A DNA stretch of 53,754 nucleotides from Campylobacterota bacterium. GTDB lineage: Bacteria; Campylobacterota; Campylobacteria; Campylobacterales; Arcobacteraceae. Of the stretch, positions 39,523 through 48,024 are shown one piece after another. The DNA lies in contig JAYEPG010000214.1 of assembly GCA_034723795.1 (NCBI GenBank), positions 1-53,754 of the forward strand, given 5' to 3'. Below the pieces are notes generated by a model. That model did no database searches, was not told the DNA's origin, and saw only the letters and a list, made by a program, of their open reading frames with translations. The position numbers and the translations under genes were made by a program. The first letter of the stretch is position 1, and each line of letters opens with the position of its first letter.

Positions 39523-40242
39523 TTATCTTTTACCTAAATAGATACCAATTGCTTGAAGTTTTTTACCTTTGATTTTTCCACAGATTCCACTTTCTACTAA
39601 AAATGTTTTAGCATCTGCTGTTGAAACAAACTTTTTATCTGTAGGTTTACACATTTTTTTGTACATCATAGCACCTTTTTTAGCTGCTTTTGCTTGTCTT
39701 TTTTTAGTTGCTTTCATATCTTTTTCTAAAGATTTTTCTACTAGTTTATAAAGTTTATTAAACTTCATGACTTCACCACCATTTTTAGAAGCAAATTTTT
39801 CTGCAGATTTTTTAGAAGCAAAAGCATATTTACTTACAACACTCATAGTACCAGGCTTTTTACTACCAACTACAAAAAAAGCTTTTTTAGAATCAATAAA
39901 TTTTAAAGAATCATTATCTATAACTCTAAAGTTATCAAGTTTTTTATCATTTACAACTGCATCTTCTACTGTACATACAATTGAACAATATTGTTTATCA
40001 TGACCTTTATCAGATGCTGCATGGTTTGTTTTGTAGAACATTGAAAGAGTCATTCCACAAATTGGACAATATTTTTTGTTTTTACCATCTTGTAGTAATG
40101 TAGCTTGACTTGCAGGAACTGCTCTAAAGTTCTTCATAGCTTTCTTATCATCTTTTGCACCATGGTGCATAGCTAATGCTCCTGTATTAATCACTGCAAA
40201 CAGTGTACCTATTGCTAAAACTTTTAGTAATAATTTTTTCAT
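39523..40242 (-). CDS. Exported NosL-family protein
   Basis: Signal peptide ending ALA then MHHG; CPICGM..YCSIVC..AFFVVGSKKPGTMS..AF..AEKF..NGG. Confidence 0.85.
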   Translation of the reverse strand: MKKLLLKVLAIGTLFAVINTGALAMHHGAKDDKKAMKNFRAVPASQATLLQDGKNKKYCPICGMTLSMFYKTNHAASDKGHDKQYCSIVCTVEDAVVNDKKLDNFRVIDNDSLKFIDSKKAFFVVGSKKPGTMSVVSKYAFASKKSAEKFASKNGGEVMKFNKLYKLVEKSLEKDMKATKKRQAKAAKKGAMMYKKMCKPTDKKFVSTADAKTFLVESGICGKIKGKKLQAIGIYLGKR

Positions 40243-40378
40243 TACTGTATCCTTTAAAATTTAAATTTTAAAATTTTATCTTCTTGTTGTTAATTAAATG
40301 TTAATTTTTATAGTTTGTGATATTATAAGAATAATTAGATAAAATATAAGTTATTTTAAAACAAAAAGAGGAATTTTA

Positions 40379-41002
40379 ATGGACTTTTTTACAAATCCAA
40401 ACATAGTATTTTATATAGCGGCATATTTAGTTGGATCTATCCCTTTTGGATTATTACTTGCTAAAAAATATGCAGGGGTAAATGTACAAGAATCAGGTAG
40501 TAAAAGTATTGGAGCAACTAATGTTTTAAGAGTTGTAAAACAAACAAATCCAGCTTTAGCAAAAAAACTAGGAATAGCAACAGTTTTACTAGATGCATTA
40601 AAAGGTGCTGCAGTTATTATTGTTGCTATAATGTATGGTTCTAGTATTGAAACATTATGGGCTATTGCAGTTATCTCTGTATTGGGACATTGTTATAGTG
40701 TATATTTGAATTTTGAAGGTGGTAAAGGTGTGGCAACTGGGCTTGGAGTGTTCTTAGTTCTTGTTCCAATACCTACAATTATTGGGGCTATAGTTTGGGG
40801 ATTTTGTGCAAAGGTATTAAAAATATCTTCTATCTCTTCTTTACTTGGATTAATAGGGGTTGTAATCTCTGCTATTATATTAAGTGATGGTTTAGGTGTA
40901 GATTCAAATGCACCTATGTATATAATCACATTTATAATCTTTTATAAACATATTCCTAATATTGTAAGATTATTTCAAGGAGAAGAGGGTAAAGTTGCCT
41001 AA
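40379..41002 (+). CDS. plsY: Glycerol-3-phosphate acyltransferase PlsY
   Basis: YLVGSIPFG, IGATNVLR, GGKGVAT, KHIPNIVRL. Confidence 0.98.
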   Translation: MDFFTNPNIVFYIAAYLVGSIPFGLLLAKKYAGVNVQESGSKSIGATNVLRVVKQTNPALAKKLGIATVLLDALKGAAVIIVAIMYGSSIETLWAIAVISVLGHCYSVYLNFEGGKGVATGLGVFLVLVPIPTIIGAIVWGFCAKVLKISSISSLLGLIGVVISAIILSDGLGVDSNAPMYIITFIIFYKHIPNIVRLFQGEEGKVA

Positions 41003-41021
41003 CAGTTCTAATAACTCTTTG

Positions 41022-41339
41022 ATGAAAGTATCTATTGAAGAGTTGACATTTAAAACAATCATTGGTATTTTGCCATTTGAAAGAGTAAAAAAACAAAAAG
41101 TAATCATCGATATATCTTTTGAGTATAAGTTTAAAAAAGATTCTAAAAAGTTTATCGATTATAGTGAAGTATCAACATTAGTTAAAAAAACTATGAATAA
41201 GAAAAAGTTTGAACTAATAGAAGATGCTATTCTAACTTTAGAGAAGATAATTTATAAGAGATTTAATCTATCAAATTTAAAGATAAAAATCATTAAACCT
41301 GATATTCTAAAAGATTGTATAGTGAGTGTTTCTAACTAA
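41022..41339 (+). CDS. folB: Dihydroneopterin aldolase
   Basis: IIGILPFER..Q, IDYSEV, FELIE, KPDI; start placed at ATG 41022. Confidence 0.9.
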   Translation: MKVSIEELTFKTIIGILPFERVKKQKVIIDISFEYKFKKDSKKFIDYSEVSTLVKKTMNKKKFELIEDAILTLEKIIYKRFNLSNLKIKIIKPDILKDCIVSVSN

Positions 41340-41351
41340 AGAGATATAGTT

Positions 41352-42878
41352 TTATACTATATTCTCTTTATTATTACAAGAGTGTAATTTAATTATAAAC
41401 TGAGCACCTTTATAGTCTACTCCATCTACATTTGTCATAACATTTTCAACAGTTAAACTTCCATAAACTTTTTCTATAATACTTTTAGACATATCAAGAC
41501 CAATACCTGTTCCCTTATCATCAGTTTTTGTTGTTATGTAAGGATCAAAGACTATACTAATAATATCTTCTGGTACACCACCAGCACAATCTGTAATAGT
41601 CATAACAATATTTTCATCTTCTGTAAAAGTTTTTATAAATATAGTTTTAACTTCAGGGTCTTTTTCTAAAATAATATCTCTAGCGTTATTGAAAATATTA
41701 ATAATAACCTGATTTAACTCATTTGGATAACCTGTAACATGTAGTTTTTCAGGCATATCAATATCAAATTTTATATATTGAGTTTCATAAACTTTTCCAA
41801 TAAGTTTTAATACCTCAGTTACACAAGAATCAATCTCATAACAACTTTTTGGCTGCTCTTTAAAGAAGTCTCTAAAGTCATTCATTGTTGAATTCATGTA
41901 GTCTATTTGTTGAGATATGCTTAATGTTTGTTTTGACAATAACTCTTTATCAAAATCATCCATAATAACATGCATCTCAATTGCACTACTTGCTATAGAT
42001 ATACCATTTAAAGGTTGTTTCCATTGATGTATAATAGCACCCATCATCTCACCCATAGCAGCAGTTCTACTTTTTTGAACTAATAGTTTTTCTTTTGTTC
42101 TATTTTTTTCAACTTCAGCTTTAACTCTTGCATCTAGAATTTCATTTTCACCTTTTAACTCTTTTTCTCTTCTAATTAATGTTATAGAGTAGTATACTAC
42201 AAGAAGAAGCATAGCCCCTGCAATAAAAAATAGAATTTTATTTCTCATTGTTGTATTTGCAGCTAAATCAATATCTAAAGGTGTAATAACCTCTAAAACA
42301 CCTCTTTTATCACCAAGTTTCCAATAACCTTTTTCCCATGTTCTATCTTTATGGTTGTTATGACAACTAACACACGACGGATCAGTCATATAGTCAACAA
42401 CAGCAACACGAAGTACTGGTTTACCATCTATTGTATCCCTCTTTACCCACATATTATTTTCATCTTTTTTAATATATTCTATAACCTCTTTTTGTAAAGG
42501 TGTCAATACTCTTGAGGCTTTTGGTTTAAAAGGATACTCACTAAAGAAGTTAAAAGTCAATCCAGTATTATCACTATAAATCTTACTTAAATCATGAATT
42601 GTTGAAGTAGGAAATGGTAATTTCCCATTTGTTCCGTGATGGTCGTAGTCAAAAGTTAATTGTGGTGCATATTTTTTAACATCTTTTACAACACTACTTA
42701 CATAGTATGCTCTTGTTAATTTAATTTGTGCAACAGTGTTTTGACTATTTCTTACAACTGTATCGATTGTGTTTTGTTCAGTTACCTTTGGTATATAAAC
42801 AAATAGTGTTGCAATAATCAACAATGATACGGCAATAACAGAAATAAGTATTTTACTTTTTAATAGTATTTTTAACAT
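41352..42878 (-). CDS. Sensor histidine kinase with periplasmic c-type heme (DUF3365/Tll0287-like) domain
   Basis: TM, LPFPTS, SEYPF, MTDPSCVSCH, WKLGDKRGVLEV, TM, IIHQWKQPL, GTGIGL. Confidence 0.9.
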   Translation of the reverse strand: MLKILLKSKILISVIAVSLLIIATLFVYIPKVTEQNTIDTVVRNSQNTVAQIKLTRAYYVSSVVKDVKKYAPQLTFDYDHHGTNGKLPFPTSTIHDLSKIYSDNTGLTFNFFSEYPFKPKASRVLTPLQKEVIEYIKKDENNMWVKRDTIDGKPVLRVAVVDYMTDPSCVSCHNNHKDRTWEKGYWKLGDKRGVLEVITPLDIDLAANTTMRNKILFFIAGAMLLLVVYYSITLIRREKELKGENEILDARVKAEVEKNRTKEKLLVQKSRTAAMGEMMGAIIHQWKQPLNGISIASSAIEMHVIMDDFDKELLSKQTLSISQQIDYMNSTMNDFRDFFKEQPKSCYEIDSCVTEVLKLIGKVYETQYIKFDIDMPEKLHVTGYPNELNQVIINIFNNARDIILEKDPEVKTIFIKTFTEDENIVMTITDCAGGVPEDIISIVFDPYITTKTDDKGTGIGLDMSKSIIEKVYGSLTVENVMTNVDGVDYKGAQFIIKLHSCNNKENIV

Positions 42879-42889
42879 TAATATCCTTA

Positions 42890-43528
42890 CTATATTAAAT
42901 CCAAGAAGTCACTTTTATATATTATAACATCTTTCGTCTTTTTGTTGTATAAAAATCTTTTGTCACCATGCTTTATTTTATCTAAAATGATAGTTTTTAT
43001 TTGACTATCTGTTTTGTTATGGTTTTTCATAAAAATAAAAAATTCTTTTATATCCATAAAATCAAAATCTACTTTCGATTCTACTTTTGGTTCTTCTTCC
43101 ATATCTTTTGTATTTTTTTTGTTTGTGATTGTTTCTGATTTATGTGAAACTTTATAAAGTGTTCTCATCTCATTGAATGCACTTTTAAGTAGATCAACTT
43201 CACTTTGAAACACATCCATTATTTTTTCTTGTTGTCTCTCTAATCTTACAATTTCACTATCTTTTTGTTTTTTTAGAAATTTGATTGTTTTTTTTAGAAG
43301 TTTAATCTGCTCATCTTTTACTTCGATTAATCTGTCATCATTTTGAGTATGATTTAACTTTGCAGTGTTTGTATTTGAGTTTGAAGTTGTTTTAGAATCT
43401 ACATAAACAAATATTTTACCATCTTTTTTTATAGATTCTAGTTGCCCTTTTTTAATTCTATAGTGTATACCTTGTAAAGATAAACCTAAGATTTGAGCTG
43501 CTTCGCTACTAGATACTAACTTTTTCAA
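42890..43528 (-). CDS. DNA-binding protein: N-terminal HTH plus coiled coil
   Basis: SEAAQILGLSLQGIHYRIKKGQL; KDEQIKLLKK heptads; TTG start. Confidence 0.8.
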   Translation of the reverse strand: MKKLVSSSEAAQILGLSLQGIHYRIKKGQLESIKKDGKIFVYVDSKTTSNSNTNTAKLNHTQNDDRLIEVKDEQIKLLKKTIKFLKKQKDSEIVRLERQQEKIMDVFQSEVDLLKSAFNEMRTLYKVSHKSETITNKKNTKDMEEEPKVESKVDFDFMDIKEFFIFMKNHNKTDSQIKTIILDKIKHGDKRFLYNKKTKDVIIYKSDFLDLI

Positions 43529-43547
43529 ATTTCATGTTTCCTATTTG

Positions 43548-43928
43548 TTAGTTGTTTTCTTCACTATCTATAGTTACAACTGTATGTACATTTCCTCTTG
43601 GATTAAAATCTGCAATAATTTTTATTTTTTTAGGGTTCAATCCTTTTGATAGTGCATCAAAAATTTCATTTGCACTATTTTCATGTGATACATGTCTATT
43701 CATAAATGAGTTTATATATAACTTTAAAGCTTTTAACTCAATAACTTTTTCATTAGGAACATATGATAATTTTATAGTAGCAAAATCAGGGTAACCACTC
43801 CTTGGGCATTTACACATAAACTCTGGTAACTCAATATTTATAGTATAGTTTTTTTTATGCTCATTTGGCCAATAGTTTTCTTGTGCGTTAATATCAAAAT
43901 TGGCAATCTCTTGCTCTCCATATTTCAT
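43548..43928 (-). CDS. queF: preQ1 synthase (unimodular QueF)
   Basis: PEFMCKCPRSGYPDFA, ELKALKLY, SHE, FNPRG; start at MKYG behind RBS AAGGA. Confidence 0.95.
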   Translation of the reverse strand: MKYGEQEIANFDINAQENYWPNEHKKNYTINIELPEFMCKCPRSGYPDFATIKLSYVPNEKVIELKALKLYINSFMNRHVSHENSANEIFDALSKGLNPKKIKIIADFNPRGNVHTVVTIDSEENN

Positions 43929-44036
43929 ATAGATAATCCTTTGTTTTCTTCTAATTTTAGACTTTAAGTACATTATACAAAAGATTATGTTAAATTCTTA
44001 TAACTTATAAACAAATATAATTTAAGGAATTATTTA

Positions 44037-45644
44037 ATGGACATTTTAACAATAATTGTTGTTACACTTTTTTTATCATTATCATTTAATCTTATATTAA
44101 AAAGATACCATATATCTCCAATTGTTGGATATATATTTACAGGTATGACAATAGCTGCTTTTATGGACTTTGCAAATATCAATCAAGAATATTTATCACA
44201 TGTTGCAGAGTTTGGAATAGTATTTTTAATGTTTACAATAGGGTTGGAGTTTTCAGTAAATCATCTTAAACAGATGAAGAAAGAGGTGTTTGTTTTTGGT
44301 ACACTTCAAGTACTTTTAACCAGTATATTTTTTACATATGTTGCAAATTTAGGATTTGGATTAGATATGAAAACATCTATAGTTATTGGTTCTGCTTTAG
44401 CTTTATCATCAACTGCAATTGTTTTAAAAGTTTTAAATGATAATGGTGATATTCATAGACCTTATGGTAGAAATAGTGTTGGTATATTAATCTTCCAAGA
44501 TATTGCTGTTATCCCTATTTTACTTATGATTACAATTTTAAGTGATTCAACTGTTTCATTACCAAATATGTTGCTAAATACTTTTATATCGGCAATTGTA
44601 GTGGGTGTTGTACTTTATTTATTAGGTAAGTATGTAACGGCTAAGTTTTTAGAATATGTTGTAAATACAAAAGTTGAAGAGCTATTTATAGCTTCTATAT
44701 TACTTATTGTTTTAAGTTCAGCTCTTTTTGCACATGCTTTTGGTTTCTCTTATTCTTTGGGTGCATTTTTAGCTGGTATGTTAATTGCAGAGACAAAATA
44801 TAAATGGCAAATTGAAGCTGACCTTGTACCTTTTAGAGATCTTCTTTTAGGTGTATTTTTTATAACAGTTGGTATGCAAGTAAACTTCTCCTCTTTAATG
44901 GATAACTTTTTTATTATTGTTGCTTTAGCTGTTCTGATATTGTCTTTAAAAGTTGTAATTATTTTTGCAATATTAAGAGTGTTTACATTTACAAAAAGAG
45001 CTATTAAAACTGCACTTACCTTAGCTCAAGTGGGGGAATTCTCTTTTGCAGTTTTTGCACTTGCAAGTGCAAACAACCTGATAAGCCAAGAGATAAATGA
45101 GATAATGATACCTGTAGTTATACTATCACTTTTATTTACATCATTAGCTTTAAGATATGTTAGAAGTTTCGTTGACTTCTTTCATAAAGAGCGTACTGAA
45201 ATATTACAAGAACCAATGGTAAGCACTCAAATAAAAGACCATATTATAGTTTGTGGATATTCTTTATTGGGTCAAAAAATAGTAAAACAATTAAAAAACT
45301 CTAAACTACCATATGTAGCAATAGAACACAATGCTCAACACGTAAAGACGGGTGAACAAAGAGATGATATAGTGTTTTTTGGAAATGCAGCATCAAAAAT
45401 AATGCTAAACTCTTTATATATAAAAAATGCAGCAGCAGTAATAATTGCAATTGACAATGATGAAAAAATAAGATTAATATGTGAATCAATAAGAGATATT
45501 GATCCAAATATAAAAATCATATTAAAAATAACTCACCAAGTTCAAATAGATGATTTTAAAGATTTAAAAATAGATAAAATTATAAATGAAAATGAGATAG
45601 TAGCCACAGAACTTGTAGAGCAAGCAACAACTTGTAAGATATAG
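44037..45644 (+). CDS. CPA2 cation:proton antiporter with TrkA-N domain (Kef-like)
   Basis: AEFGIVFLMFTIGLE, LSSTAIV, FQDIA, LAQVGEF, IIVCGY. Confidence 0.92.
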   Translation: MDILTIIVVTLFLSLSFNLILKRYHISPIVGYIFTGMTIAAFMDFANINQEYLSHVAEFGIVFLMFTIGLEFSVNHLKQMKKEVFVFGTLQVLLTSIFFTYVANLGFGLDMKTSIVIGSALALSSTAIVLKVLNDNGDIHRPYGRNSVGILIFQDIAVIPILLMITILSDSTVSLPNMLLNTFISAIVVGVVLYLLGKYVTAKFLEYVVNTKVEELFIASILLIVLSSALFAHAFGFSYSLGAFLAGMLIAETKYKWQIEADLVPFRDLLLGVFFITVGMQVNFSSLMDNFFIIVALAVLILSLKVVIIFAILRVFTFTKRAIKTALTLAQVGEFSFAVFALASANNLISQEINEIMIPVVILSLLFTSLALRYVRSFVDFFHKERTEILQEPMVSTQIKDHIIVCGYSLLGQKIVKQLKNSKLPYVAIEHNAQHVKTGEQRDDIVFFGNAASKIMLNSLYIKNAAAVIIAIDNDEKIRLICESIRDIDPNIKIILKITHQVQIDDFKDLKIDKIINENEIVATELVEQATTCKI

Positions 45645-46369
45645 TTATTTTTTAATTATCCACAAGTGACTATACCAGTACCATTTTCCATCTTTGGTTG
45701 GTGCTGTACAGGTGTATTTTTCTCTAGGTGATTTAAGTGGTTTATTTGCTTTTACCTCAAACTCTATTTTAGAAATCCATTTTATTTTTATAGATTCTCC
45801 ACTAGATAAATAACAAGCTATATTTTTAAGTGGCTGTTTTAATTTTATTGATAGTGATGGTGGGTTTTCATCTTTTAAAATTGGTTCTTTAAGTGAAACA
45901 GATTCAATTGGCAGAGGTAGTGTATTTAGTTTTGTTATAAAACTATCAGAAGAGGCAAAAGCTTCTGCCATTGGAAATCTATTTAATATTTTTAAATCAC
46001 TATTTATATCTATTGCTCCTGATGTTTGAGTTACACCTATATATCCAAGTTTTTTTATTAGTTTTGCAATTTTTGTATTGTATTCACCATAGGGGTATGA
46101 AAAAAGAGGTGGATTTATATTTGTAGTAGTACCTAACTCTTTTTGCAGTTTTAATTGTGTGGTTTGTATATCTAAAGAGATACGTTTTTCCCATTGTTTA
46201 TTTGTTTCACTATTTAAAGGAAGAAGTGAATTGTGAGAAGATGAGTGGTTTGCAAATTCGGCACCATTTTCTTTTAGTATACGCATCTGTTTCCATGTCA
46301 TAAAACTGTTTGATTTGTTATAAATAGAATATTTGAAATTAAAATTATGATTAATAGGACTATTTTCAT
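45645..46369 (-). pseudogene. Polysaccharide deacetylase with internal deletion
   Basis: ATG 46369 gives signal peptide MKIVLLIIILISNILF, joined out of frame to NKSNSFMTWKQM..NHSSSH..FSYPYG; the YHRF and TxDD motifs are absent. Confidence 0.8.
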
Positions 46370-46444
46370 GTTTTCTCTTTAGTTAATATTATTTGCTTTT
46401 ATTGCACTTACTATTTAAATCATTTCTTTGCCATCATAAAAAAC

Positions 46445-46723
46445 TTATGCACTTGCTTGTAACTTAACTCCCAAACTATTCATAACTTTCATAACTGTTT
46501 CAAATCTAGGTTTTGAACCCTCTTGAAATGTTTTATATAAACTTTCTCTTCCAAGACCTGTATCTTTTGCTATTTGGCTCATTCCTTTTGCTTTTGCAAT
46601 ATTACCAATAGCTTCAAGTAGTTCATTCATATCACCATCTGCTAACACTTGAGACAAATACTCTGCTATCATCTCTTTGCTATCCAAATATTGTGATATA
46701 TCAAATGTTGTTAATTTACTCAT
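46445..46723 (-). CDS. Addiction-module antidote (HTH antitoxin)
   Basis: IAKAKGMSQIAKDTGLGRESLYK..PRFETV. Confidence 0.92.
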   Translation of the reverse strand: MSKLTTFDISQYLDSKEMIAEYLSQVLADGDMNELLEAIGNIAKAKGMSQIAKDTGLGRESLYKTFQEGSKPRFETVMKVMNSLGVKLQASA

Positions 46724-47015
46724 CTTCTAGCTCCTTTTGTATCTGTTTTGCTTTTGCTATATCTTCTGCTTGAGTAGATTTATCTCCACCAATTAGAAGT
46801 ATTACAATCTCATCATCTTTCTTTGTATAATAAACTCTATATCCTGGTCCAGTAGTGATTCTTAATTCATTCACTCCATTACCTATAGATTTATGGTCTC
46901 CAAAGTTACCTTTTTTAATTCTATCAATTCTTCTAATGATAGAAACTTTAGCTTGAATATCTTTTAGTTTTTTCAACCACTTAGAAAAAGTATCTGTTTG
47001 TTTAATTAAATACAT
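46716..47015 (-). CDS. RelE/ParE-family addiction-module killer toxin
   Basis: GNFGDHKSIGNGVNELRITTGPGYRVYY, LLIGGDKSTQ. Confidence 0.92.
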   Translation of the reverse strand: MYLIKQTDTFSKWLKKLKDIQAKVSIIRRIDRIKKGNFGDHKSIGNGVNELRITTGPGYRVYYTKKDDEIVILLIGGDKSTQAEDIAKAKQIQKELEDE

Positions 47016-47021
47016 ATAGTT

Positions 47022-47051
47022 ATTGTATCTTATTAGATACTAATTTGTCAA
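47022..47051 (-). promoter_or_regulatory. Promoter and palindromic operator of the toxin-first TA operon
   Basis: Minus strand TTGACA (47051-47046), 18 nt, TACAAT (47027-47022); inverted repeat GTATCT-N4-AGATAC at 47025-47040. Confidence 0.75.
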
Positions 47052-47073
47052 ATAGATTTAGATATGTATATAA

Positions 47074-48024
47074 CTAGATACTATCTTTTATAACAGTTAT
47101 TAACTTTTCTTTTGCTTCATCTATTACAGTTGTATCTATACTTAGTCCTGCAGCATTTTTGTGTCCGCCACCATTGAAGTTTTTTGCTATATTTGATACA
47201 TCAATGTCATTTTTACTTCTTAGAGAAACTCTTACTTTTGAATTTATAATTCTAAAGTATGCTATAACTTCTACTATTGCTATATTTAAAACCATATTTA
47301 CTACATCATCACACTCATGAGTTGATGCACCAGTCTCTTTTATCCAGCTTTCATCAAGATAAATAGTTGCTAGTTTACCCTCTATATGAAGCTCTAAAGT
47401 TTCTAAAATCTTTGGTAGAATTCTATATCTAGCTAAAGAGTCTCTTCTTAGTAGATTGTCAGCAATTTGACTTGGGCTTATACCTGTAGATACTAGTTTA
47501 TTTATAGTCTTGAAAGTTTCTTGTGATGTTCTTGGAGTTGTAAAAGCGATACTATCGTCATAGATTCCTACGTATAAACATTGGGCTGTATTTTTTGATA
47601 TTTTTAAATTATTTTGTTCAAAGAAATTGTATAAAACTTCTGCAGTGCTTGCTTTTGTTTCATCTACTATGTTTACTATTCCAAAGTTGTCATTTGATTG
47701 ATGGTGGTCTATATTTATGATTTTTACACCATCAACCAAATCTACACCAACTCTTTTTTGGTCTGCACAATCTACATAGATAACTAGGTCATAAAACTTT
47801 GGTATTTGAGTTGTGATTTTATCAAATTTTGGTAAGAAGTTCAAAACTCTGGGTATATCATTTGAACTATTAAAAACCTTATGTTTAATCTTATTTTCAA
47901 ACATAAAATTACTTAAAGATAAAGCACATGATATAGTATCAGCATCTGGATTTAGGTGTGTTAGTATAAGTATATAATGTGCTTCTTGTATTAGTTTTAA
48001 ACTCTCTTTGTATCTATTTTCCAT
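47074..48024 (-). CDS. DHH/DHHA1 phosphoesterase (NrnA-like)
   Basis: THLNPDAD, NIDHH, VSLRS, GGGHKNAAG. Confidence 0.92.
   Translation of the reverse strand: MENRYKESLKLIQEAHYILILTHLNPDADTISCALSLSNFMFENKIKHKVFNSSNDIPRVLNFLPKFDKITTQIPKFYDLVIYVDCADQKRVGVDLVDGVKIINIDHHQSNDNFGIVNIVDETKASTAEVLYNFFEQNNLKISKNTAQCLYVGIYDDSIAFTTPRTSQETFKTINKLVSTGISPSQIADNLLRRDSLARYRILPKILETLELHIEGKLATIYLDESWIKETGASTHECDDVVNMVLNIAIVEVIAYFRIINSKVRVSLRSKNDIDVSNIAKNFNGGGHKNAAGLSIDTTVIDEAKEKLITVIKDSI

Noticed and set aside
38371-40242. NosL genes as evidence of a nitrous-oxide reductase operon
   Set aside because: There is no nosZ, nosD, nosF or nosY in the window, and the ABC system is LolCDE/FtsX-type.
43929-43973. 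N-terminal extension of QueF in the ORF track
   Set aside because: RBS AAGGA sits before ATG 43928; the extension runs through promoter sequence.
1038-45520. Many antisense or alternate-frame ORFs (e.g. 1038-1394, 3550-3942, 7117-7452, 8914-9372, 11048-11551, 31623-32027, 34382-34723)
   Set aside because: They are shadows of well-supported genes, with no motifs or RBS.
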